From the NCBI GenBank assembly GCA_013265495.1, contig MU058714.1, positions 1,056,001 through 1,120,000 on the forward strand: a stretch of DNA of 64,000 bases, written 5' to 3'. Under the pieces are notes generated by a model. The model had not been told where the DNA came from, ran no database searches, and was given only the letters and a program-made list of their open reading frames with translations. The stretch is from Vicugna vicugna. Its lineage: Eukaryota. Below are positions 1 to 10,600 of the stretch, in pieces (position 1 is the stretch's first letter; each line of letters begins with the position of its first letter). Position numbers and translations under genes: made by a program.

Positions 1-475
1 GAATGTCATCCAGCCATAAAAAAGGAGGAGATCCTGCCATCGGAGACACCATGGCTGAAGCCGGAGGACATTGTACTCAGTGAAGTAAGCCAGACGAGAC
101 AACGACAAAAGCTGCACGGTCTTGTCGTTTGTGGAACCGCAGAAGTCATCACAGAGACAGCAGAACGGTGCTTGTCGGGGGCTGGGGGGGCGGGGGCTGG
201 TCAGAGGGGACAGACTCCCCTTACAAGGTGAGTAAGTTCTGGCGGCCTGCACACAGCCTGGTGTTCAGTTACCGGTGCTGCACTGTGTACGTAACAGCAG
301 ATTTTAGGAGCCCTTGTCACACCAAGAAAAAAATGGTACCTGTGTGAAATGACGGACGTGTTCCCTTGATTGTGCTCGTCTTTCCACAATACATACTTAA
401 ATCAAACCATGACGTTTTATACCTTACACGTATACAAGTTTCATTTGTTAATTATACCTCCGTGAATCTGGGAAA
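1..475 (+). mobile_element. Ancient LINE-1 (L1M-type) 3' end
   Basis: cagccataaaaaaggaggagatcctgcca...ggaggacattgtactcagtgaagtaagccagac...ttatacctc resembles the L1MA/MB ORF2 end and 3' UTR. Confidence 0.8.
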
Positions 476-579
476 TATGTATACTTTAATATAACTTATA
501 TGCTTGGTATAATTTGTACATAATTATGAATACTTATAATCATGTAAACATTCACATTAGTATATAAAATAATGAAATA

Positions 580-1610
580 AGAACTTTAAAATAATTTTTT
601 TCAACGAGGAGGTCTCAAGGGAAGTGAAACATACCTTGAATGAAAGTGCAAACACACTGTGGGGCACAGACCAGTGGTGCCGCGAGGGAGGTTTCTGTCC
701 TAAATGCGTGTATTAGAAAAGAAGAAGAGTTTCAAATCACTGACCTCCACTTCCACGTTAAGATATTAGGAAAAGAAAGGCAAGTCAAATCCAGAGGAGG
801 CAGGAGAAAGGAAACAACAAAGATCACAGTGGAGAGCAGAAAAGATTCACTCAATCGAAAGAAAGCTGCTGCCTTGAGCAGAGCAGTAACTGCGCAGACT
901 GATGAGGAAACAGACAAAGAAGACACAACACCCAAGTCAGCAGTGAGCGAGGCGGCATCACCGAAGGCTCTGGACACGCGGAGGGACAGTGAGGGAATCT
1001 GTGAGCAACTCGATGCCAGAGCTTGTGGCGACTGGTGAAGTAAGTTCCTCGGATGGCACGGCTGCTCCCTTAGAGGGAAGATAACCTGGACAGCACTGGA
1101 CCTGCTTCACAGCTCGGGTTTGTGGTTGAAAACTTTCCTGCAAAGAGAACTCCAGGTCCAGGTGGCTTCCCTGGTGAATTCTGCCCAAGCGTTGATGAAG
1201 AAGTACGTGGATGGCGGTAAGCACCTTGCCCGCCATCCCGCGAGACTCACGGCGTCCTGACACCTGCAACCAGGCAGGAAAAGAAAGCTGCTGCCCTGTG
1301 TCCTTGGTGGCGGTAGATGCAAAAATGTTCAGCCAGACTTCACAAATCAAATTCCGCAAGGTGTGAAAGGGCAGTGCGTCATGACCCAGGGGGACTGACT
1401 TTAGGAATGTTAACTTGTTTAAAGATAGAAAAAAATGTAATTTGTCACGGTAACAAACAAAAAGCTGTATTATCATCTCATCAGTGGAGAGAAAGAACAC
1501 ATTTGACCAAATCTAAAATCTACTCCTGATTGGAAAAAAAACAAGGACTTCTCAGCAAACTAGTGAGGAACCAACGAGGGAACTCCCTCCACATGACAGA
1601 CAGCGTCCCC
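580..1610 (+). mobile_element. Degenerate L1M ORF2 fragment (post-endonuclease region to RT)
   Basis: LNACIRKEEEFQITDLHFHVKILGKE in ORF 640-1038 resembles L1 ORF2; gaacacatttgaccaaatc...tctcagcaaactag resembles the RT AFDKI...LSKLG segment. Confidence 0.75.
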
Positions 1611-1690
1611 CGAAGATGCCGGAGCCCACGTCACACCACGTGGTGCACGTCTGAGCCCCAGGGCCAGGCGCGGAGCCGGGCACCTGACCG

Positions 1691-1764
1691 TCCGCAGAGG
1701 GGAGTCCGCAGAGGGGAGTCTGCAGAAGCAGTTCCACAGAGGGGAGTGTGCAGAGGTGTGCTGC
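1691..1764. repeat. Short degenerate tandem repeat (~14-15 bp unit)
   Basis: tccgcagagggggag tccgcagaggggag tctgcagaag... ccacagagggggag tgtgcagagg. Confidence 0.65.
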
Positions 1765-1829
1765 AAGGCCTGGGTCGTGCAGTGAGGCAGCAAAACCATG
1801 CAGGCTGGACGGAAGTGTAACTATTTCCA

Positions 1830-2185
1830 AACAGCACGACTCTACATCCGCTATTAGCCAATTTGTATGAACTGCTGAAAACGTTTACAATGGTATCAAT
1901 ATGACGTGGGTCTGTTACACTTCGATTTTTTTTAAGGGGAGTTACAGTAACTTCCTCCCTCTCGGTGACTGTGAGTGTTCGGTGGTGTAACGTGTCTGTG
2001 CACTTAAGCGTCGCTAGTTTGTTAAAAGCAGGCTTACGGTGAGGTAGGATGAAGGAGTGTGTATTGAATTCTGACCCAGTTGTAAACATTTTTCCTTCTT
2101 TTAAATGTCTGTTCATGAAGTCTGACCATATGTTAGGCCACGAAGGAAACCTCAAGAATTTGCCGAAAGTGGAAAAATACAGGCA
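1830..2185 (+). mobile_element. Degenerate L1 endonuclease-domain fragment
   Basis: tctgaccatatgttaggccacgaaggaaacctcaagaattt resembles the IDHMLGHK.SLNKF motif. Confidence 0.6.
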
Positions 2186-4531
2186 GTGACAGACGGCTCT
2201 GGCTCTGCCCCCTCGGTCTGTCTGTCCATCCGCTCGTCTGTTTGCAAACCACACCTCCAGCTGCTGCCTTGCTGAAAGGTGCTTGGGTCCCCTTCTCTCT
2301 GTTTGTCTTTCCTCCTCGCCTCCCTTTCCCCGTCTTAACAATGTAATTCCCTGAAAACCCTGAGACGGAAGCATCAGAGCTGGCGGGGCGGGGGAGGTCA
2401 CCTGCTTAGGAAAAACCGTTTCGCATCCAGGCTCGTCCTCGCCTCCAGCCTTAAGCACTCACACCTGCAGCCTCACCCCGTGAGGACAGACAGACAGACA
2501 GACAGACACAGATCGAGCCTTTGGAAGCGGCTCCCTGGAGGCGGTCGGGCGGCCAGAGCCTCTCCCCCCGCCTGTGCCAGTGTTGCTGGGCCTTTGCTGT
2601 TAAAAGGACTGCTTTCTCTTCCTTATGAGGAGGCGGGAGGATGGGAAGGTGAGCGGGGGCCGGTGGCCTGCGTCCCAGCGTCCTCTGAGAGCCGTGCCCT
2701 GCAGGTCCCCAGCCCGCCTGCCCGCCCACGGGTGTGGACACAGACAGGGCTGAGGTGGCTGATGTGGTGAGAATCTGAGCAGATTCTAAGCCGGTTCGTA
2801 AGGACACCCGCCGAGGGCTGGCCGTGAGGGTGGGCGTGACCAGAGAGAGTGTTTGGTGGTTCCTTCCTGCCTGACAGCCTCGTCCAAACAGAGATCTTTT
2901 AGTGTAAAGGTCGTCGCCGTCTCCGACGCCGAAGGCGCGTTGAAGCTGCAGCTTCAGGTGCTCTGACGTGTGCCTCAGCGTCAACCTGGAGAATGGGACT
3001 TGGCGACACTTCATCGCGCTGTGCTTCAGGAGCCTCACTGTGACTGTTTGGGCCTCGATTCGGCTTGACAAGCCTCTGGTGTAAAAATTAAGGCGACTGT
3101 GTCCTCGGGCGCGGGCTCTAGGCTGCAGGCCACCCCCGTGCCCTCTCCCGGCCCTTCTGGACGAGTCTCTGCAGAGGGGGCATCACGCTGACTCCTCTGA
3201 GCTCATTTGTCAAAACCTCATTCAGAGCGAGGGCTCCTTTCTGGGAGTGACTTGAAAGCTTATGCTTAATTGGCTTCCCTGGCCCCAGGGACCAGCCTGC
3301 TAACCCGAGCGCCGGTGCCCTGCTCCCCGACTGCCCCTCTGCCTCGCTCAGTTCCCAATGAAACAGCCGAGTCCAGTAGCTACCTTATTAGTTTATTGAT
3401 GTGACCGAGAAACAGCTCGTTATCAGAGCAGCCCTGGGAGAGGGGCGGTGGGGAAGGTGGGGGGCAGGGCTCCGGGCTGCAGTGAACAGCACATTCCGTG
3501 TGCGCGCCCACGGGCCCCTGAGAGGGCTTTGCACAGGCCCTGCCCCAGCGAGCGGGCGCCCCGAGAGCCGGGGCCGTGTGGCAGTGCCGTCCGAGACTCG
3601 GGCCTTAAGATGCTGACCCCTCTTCTGAGCAGCCTTCACCCCCTAGAGCGGAGCACGCCGGGGGCTGCCAGAATTCAGCATCTCCCTAGGGACGCGTGAC
3701 CCTCAATGTCGGGGGCAGGTTTTCTGGATATTCCCCCGGAGCCCAGTGAACGGCGTGGCCGTGTTCCGTGGGTCAGCCTTTCCCAGAGCGAGAGCGTCTG
3801 TGGTTTGTACACTGCGCTGCGGGGCCACGTTGCGCTTCTGCAGGTCACGTGTTTCATCTGGTGCCACTAGCTGGGCGCCTCCTCCCCCTGGACCCCCCTC
3901 CTCCCCGTGGGCCACAGCCGCTTGGCGGTCTCCTCCAGGCCCCAGCCCGTGGTCCTGAACCCTGCCGGGCAGGTGAGCGTGTCCACACAGTGGTGCTGAC
4001 CGGCGCTGACCGGCGCTGGCAGACCTGCCAGCACTAAATGCACTTTCCACTTGGAGTTGCTCCCCTGGGGCAGGAGTGGGGCCCCTAGGAAGCACCTGTT
4101 AAAATGTGACCGTGTGACCCAAGTGATTTGTAAATATTATACCCACACAGACCACGTAAGTCCCAGCAAAGGCACGAGACAGCTGTGGCCTGGGCTGGGG
4201 GCTGCAGAAGCTGGGTGGTTTCAGGTGCCGGGCGTGAGGAGGGGCGCGTGGGCCCCAGGCTGACACGGGGAGGGGGCCTCCAGGGAACCCAGCCTGGAGG
4301 CCAGGGACCCCCGCCCATCAGGAGCTGCCGTGCTTCTGAGGGCACGTGAGGTGCCAGCCGCTTCCCATGCCAAGGAAAACGCCCTCTCACTGTTTTTTCA
4401 AATGGAAACTGAACTTGAGAAAATGTTAAGGCGTGAAGTATTCGTTGCGTGTTCGTTTGTTCACACGTCCCCAGAAGAGAAGGGCGCCCTTCCAGGTGCC
4501 TGCGCTCACTGTCTCTCCTGTCTCCCCGCAG

Positions 4532-4606
4532 TCGTGCCAGGCCGACCTGGTAAAGGACAACGGCCACAAGTACTTCCTCTCGGTCCTGGCGGACCCCTAC
4601 ATGCCG
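4532..4606 (+). CDS. RPTOR: RPTOR exon 14 equivalent (75 nt)
   Basis: ccccgcag|TCG...CCG|gtaagg; [25 protein letters not shown]. Confidence 0.96.
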
Positions 4607-7600
4607 GTAAGGACCACGCCCTGCGCACGAGCTCCCGCGGCCTGTCTCACGCGGGCGCTGCAGGAGCTCTCCAAGCAGAGGGCCCCGGGGCGCTGGCCCG
4701 CCGACGCCCCCTGCAGGCGGAGCCCTTTGCTTCCTGACACGTTGTCTCAGTTGCTGCTTCTCTGCATGAGAGTCGCAGTGAACCCTGACACACAGGCTGG
4801 GCTGGTGGTTCCCCTGGGTCCATTTCCTGGCACGCCTTTGCAGTGGAGTGGCATCCCCGCTCCGGCGTGTGCTGGCCGCCGAGTTAGACCGGGGCGCTCG
4901 TACACCCGAGAGGCCAGGGTGGTCCTGGCCGGGACGGGAGGCCGTGCGCCTTGAGTCAGGACGGGAGGGGGAGGAAGGAAGGACATTCATGTTTTCAGTA
5001 TACTTTATTGTGTTAAGTTATTTAAAAATTCATAATCCACAAATAACGTATAGAGTGACTTCCTGTAAATGGTTTTTAATTCACTTCTATGTTCCCTCCT
5101 TCTAGCTCCTAGCACACTGCAGAGGGCAGAGTCCTCACCCTAAGTAACAACTTAGTATAACTTAGTTTTGTCAGTGTAACGGCTCGCTCTCACGGGCTTA
5201 GGCAGCTTAGGTTGTGTAAAGGAACTTCTGTGTGTGATCTCGCCCTCTAGTTGGTTTTCTAAACTAAATGATGATGATAATAAAAAACAGATTTTTTTAA
5301 ATCCAGAGAACATTAAAAACAGGACAGTCGTAGAAAAGGTAAATACAACCTGTGTGTTTTAACCTGAGTGTGGTGCTTGGCGTCGTCACAGGCAGGTGAC
5401 GCAATGCTGTGCACGAGCGTGGGAAGCAGCCACCTGCCCGCTCCTCAGGGAGAGTCAGACGGTGAGCGATGCCGACGGATCGGCCCCCCTGCAGCTGCAC
5501 ACACCTGGGGGTTCTGAGGACACAGATTTGAAAGAAAGGAAAGGAAATCCCCACGTGCCAAAACCAAGCCAGAGGAGGGGCACGGTGGGACGGGCAGCGT
5601 CGCGGGGACCCTGGGCTCCGCACGGGCCTGGGGGCGAGGTGCCCGTCACCAGACGTGGACGAGAGGAGCTGGTCCGTCTGCCGTGCACATCTGGGAGCAA
5701 AGCCCGGAGAGGCCTCGCGAGAAACGGAGACTCCCCCCACGGAGATGAACGTGAAGTCTCGGGGCCTGCCGGGAAGGGGCAAAGGCTGCCCTGTCTGCAG
5801 GGGCACCTGCACGGCGGGGCACAGAGGCCCGCGCCAGGCGTGCGGGTTCCAGGGGCCAGCACGAGGGGGAGAAGCGGAGCTGGCACGGCGGAGGGCCTGC
5901 CGCCGGGAGCTGGAACCGGGGCCCCCTGACGAGGCCTGGAGAGCAGCACGAATAAGTGTGTTTAGAAAGGTTTAACACACAGGTGGCTTCACTTACGTCC
6001 AACGATCAACCATCGTGTTGCTTCTCCAGAGTACATCCGTGCCTGGTGTTGCCACGTTCTCCGTCCTCTTCAGTCATCCTCAGAAATGACCAACTAGAGT
6101 CTTTTAATAAAAAGGCAGATTTGGGGGAAAACAAAAAGAACCCTGATGGAAGACAGGCACCGTCACTGGAAGCTCCGCCGGCAAGTTAAACAGCAGAGTG
6201 TCGCGGCCAGTAAAGGAAGCCCTGGGGGAAGCACGAGGCGGGAGATGGGAAGGGGCCTGAAGGCCGCCAGTGGGGCTCGCCGGCTCCGACGCCGACCCCC
6301 CGGCGCAGGGAGAGCTGGAGGCAGCAGCAGAGATGCACGGCCGGACGGGTGGTGGAGGGGGCTTCTCCAGATCGAAAGAAGAAACGAGTTTTCAGGTTGA
6401 GGAAGGACAGTGAGTCTTGAGAAGGTTAAATAAGAACAAATCCACACAAAGACTCACCGTCATGAAGCAGAGACGTCAAAGGCAAGAGGAAAAACCTCGA
6501 AAGTAACCAGGATAAAGAGGAGGATTTCTGCAGTCGTCAGAGTAACGAACGAAGACCGCCGAAAGGCCTCACAGCCCAGAGGAACCGTCACCCCGGACCC
6601 CTGTGCCGACCCCACCGAGGCGGCCAAGAACACCACATTTCAGGAGGGAGTGGGGCCCAGGGAGGGGAGCCAGGCACCAGCAGACACTGTATCTCAGTGA
6701 GCACGGCTGCGAGGGTAAGCCGGCACCCCTCGTGTGAGGGGCCGACGGCGAGGAGGAGCCTTGGAGTCCCCGCAAGACGCGGAGGGTGACCCACTTCAGG
6801 GGTCCAGCCTGCGTGTTAGAAACGCGAGGCGCCACTAACAGGTAGACACAGGCTGGTGTCCAGGTCAGGGAGCGCTGAGGAGAGGAGGGACGAGAGTGGT
6901 CCGCCCCCCTGAGGACCGGGAGCGGGAGAGGTGAGGCCGACTTAGGGCAGTGCTCGGTCACCTTGCCACCAGCTTGCTGCACTGAGCGGCTCGCTTGCAC
7001 AGGTTGGGCGGGGCGGGGGTGGCCAGGGCCCGGGATCACCAGGACGGCCTCCGAGGGGGCAGCCTCAGAGAGGCCTTCAGTGCGTCAGGGACCCACCTGT
7101 CCTCCGAGAGGCCCGCCTGGGGCTGCCAGGCCCTTTGAAAGGGCTGTTCCCCTTTGTGGACTCAAATCAGAAGATAGTAGAGCTGGGTCCCCTACCTCAG
7201 CTGCACGTAGGGCTCAGCATCATGGCTCTGGAGGCTTGGGAACGAGGAGTCCCCACCGTGGAGAAGGGCAGTGCCGACTCGCAGTGACGTCTCTTTTCCA
7301 GGCTGAGCACAGGACCATGACGGCCTTCATCCTGGCTGTGATCGTCAACAGCTACAACACCGGGCAGGTGGGTGTCCTGTGCGGCCCCGCCCTGAGCCCC
7401 TGTCTTTGGGGGCCAGAGGAACTGCGGATCTGGACGTCGTCTAATGAAGCAGTGACCTCGGGGGTGGGGTGGGCAGTTACGGGAGCACGTCTGCCCGGGG
7501 GGGCACCGTGGGGGTGGGTGGGGGCCGGACCATCGATTTAGCCAGCCGTCTGCAGGGTGACATGAAGTGGGTGGGGTTTAAAATGAGGAGAGTTGAGCAA

Positions 7601-10600
7601 GTTTCCGCGAATGATGCCAGGGTGGGTCCAGCCTGGCCCCCTCTCCTGCCCCAGTCGGGTCGGGGTGACATGCACGTGGTCCTTCCCGCAGGAGGCCTGT
7701 CTCCAGGGCAACTTGATCGCCATCTGCCTAGAGCAGCTCAACGACCCCCACCCGCTGCTGCGCCAGTGGGTGGGCATCTGCCTGGGGCGCATCTGGCAGA
7801 ACTTCGACTCGGCGCGTTGGTGCGGGGTGCGGGACAGCGCACACGAGAAGCTGTGCAGCCTCCTCTCCGACCCCATCCCCGAGGTGAGTCCCCCCACCCC
7901 GGGAAGGGGCGGCACGGAGACTGCGCCCCCTGCAGAGGCCCGCCCTGCCCACCCTCGTCCCCTCTCCCTGCTCCTCTCCCTCCCTAGTCACCCCACACCT
8001 GGTCAGGGCTCTGACCCCAGAGTTCCTGCTTGCACAGCCCGCCACCTGGCACTCAGGTGGGTCGGCGACCTGCCTCCTGCTCCTCCCCGGCTCCTGCTCG
8101 TCCTCACGGGCAGAGCTTGGCCGAGGGGGCCATGACAGGTCAGCCCTCGGGGCCCGGCCAGAGCTCAGGCCCAAACAGCCGGCCGGGGCGTGACCGCCGC
8201 CCTGTCCGCCTGCAGGTGCGCTGTGCAGCGGTCTTTGCGCTCGGCACGTTCGTGGGCAACTCTGCAGAGAGGACGGACCACTCCACCACCATCGACCACA
8301 ACGTGGCCATGATGCTGGCCCAGCTGATCAATGACGGCAGCCCCGTGGTCCGCAAGGTGTGTGGCCCCCGCCCGCTGGGAGCTCCGAGCACCACCACCTG
8401 CCACACAACGCCGCTCAGAACCCTGGCCGCTCCCGCGGGGAGCCGGCCTCAGGTGTTCAGTTCTCTCTGGAACGCATCTCCTCAGCAGATACTCGGGTGC
8501 CTGCTTCCCTTACAGGCGTTTAGCAGGCTGCGTCTCCCGGCAGCTTGCATGGTAGCTCCTTCCTGCCTGGGAGCAGCACGTACACACACGGAGACTCAGA
8601 AGAGCAGTAGCCACCCACGGACAGACGGAGGGGTTCGCGCAGTGGGCTCCCGCCCCGCCCCTGTGCTTGCCGGCGGCTGAACGGAACCGTCTTACACAGT
8701 TGAAACTTGTACTGTCTGTTCAGATGTACAAGTACCATGACTTCCCCGCACGGTCTCACGCCCCTGTCAGAAGTCAGCTCAGCACAGCTCAGCCCCCCTC
8801 TCCTACCCCAGCCAAAAAGGGCCATGGGGGGCACGCTGCTGGCCGCTGGCCGTGCTTCAGGGTGGACTTGGGAGCAGAGACTGTCCCAGGTGACCAGGAG
8901 GGCAGCGTTGTCCTAGGTGTGACCTTGCAGTGTCGGGCTGCTTGTCAGCGTGTCTGAAGTCCCTGTGCCCCAGGAGCGGGGAGGCTGGGTTTGTCAGAGA
9001 CCCAGCGCCGGGGCCGGGGGTCTCAAATGGGACCCGGCTGTGGGCACCGCGCTCGGTGAGCTGATCTCAGCTAAGGCTTGAGTGAGTCCTGGGAAAACGA
9101 GGAGAAGCCGCGTGTTTTGCGGGGTTCCCTAATGCCATACGTCTCAAGTGTAGAGAGGTTGCCCCATTTCCCCTGCACGGTGGCAGCACGGTGTCCTGGA
9201 GGAGGCGGCAGTGACAGCAGAGGGAAGGCTTTTGCTTGTTGACTGTTTAATGAGCTTACGTGATAAATCAAGAGTCAGCAAATTCCTGTCAGCCCCTGGA
9301 ACCCTTTTGAACTTAAACTTGTCCAGGAGGTGCAGGATCCAGACTGCCCAGTCAGCACGCCGCCCGCACCTCATGGAGAAGGGCCAGGCCTGGGGCCCCG
9401 CTGTCACCCCGCCTTTCCCCAGGGCTGCTGGCCCAGCCCCTCGCCCAGCACACCCTCAGCCGGGAGGGCAGGACACAGGTGGTTCCTTCAGCTCCCATTT
9501 ACACTTGTTTGGTAACCACAGACCCACAGGGGAGCGGTACCCGGGCCCCTCCCTTAACAGACGTCTGCGTCCACCTGGACCTAATGAACAGCGTCAGAGG
9601 GCGCTTCCCCATTGGTGCCCGGGGTCCAGTCTCTGGTGGAGGCAACGGGGCCGGGTCGGAGATGAGCCGCTTGGCAAGCCCGGAGAGCGTCTCGGTGGAG
9701 CAGACGCTGCTCCCTCCCTGCGCTTATGGGAGCCGAGAGGCACTTCGTGACCGTGGGCCAAATCGGACGTCAGCCAGTCGCTCTTTGTGGGAACGCAGAG
9801 TCGGGGTGGCCCTGGGGACACACTGTCCTGCCCTGCAGCTGACCACAGCGGAGCGTTAGCCAGGCTCCACCCGGCTGTGCGCATGCCCAGGCGTCACGTC
9901 CCTGGATCCCGACGGCAGCTCATTTAAAACAAACCGTTCATTAACGATCGTGCTGTATCTGAAGGGAGGAGACTTAATTCGTCAGCAGATACTGGTTAAG
10001 TGCCTCCTGTGTGCCGGGCCCTGGGCCGCTAGGCCTCCGGAACTTGCACTTGGAGACGGGCAGACAGGTGTTGATCTGAAGGTGGCGACTGCTCCGAAGG
10101 AGGGTCGGGGATGGTAGAGTTGGGGGAGCCTGGGTGATGTAGGTGCTTGGGGAGGCACCTGAGCGAGGCCTGAACCAGGCGGGGCTGAGCCTTTCCAGGC
10201 TGAGGGGACAGCGGGTGCCTAGGCCCAGAGCAGGAGTCCTGGCTTCTCGGGTTGTGCGGGCTAGGCCTGCGTGTTCTGAGTGTGAGCCGGGGGTCTGGAG
10301 CGTGGAGGAGGCGGGACCGGCTCTGCCAGGAAAGGGTCTCACGTCTGATGGTGCCAGCACCAAGTCAGTCTGCTTCCAAGGTCTAAGGTTAACACGAGCC
10401 TGGCGCCCAGCTTGCACCCTGGCCAGACCCGACTGCAGGCCTCTGAAGACCTCTGAGGGCCAGAGCCCAAGGCTGCCGCCCAGCAGGAAAGACTTGACCC
10501 ATGGCTGCTCCGTGTGGGCCTTGCCCTCAGCCTCCCCCCATCTCCACTTCACCCGAATCAAAGGATCTGAGTCCCTGGAACCAGTTAATCTGCCTCAGGT

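Noticed and set aside
2484..2510. (GACA)n here and (TCTG)n at ~52451-52473 as a long-range inverted pair
   Set aside because: Common short microsatellites 50 kb apart; chance is sufficient
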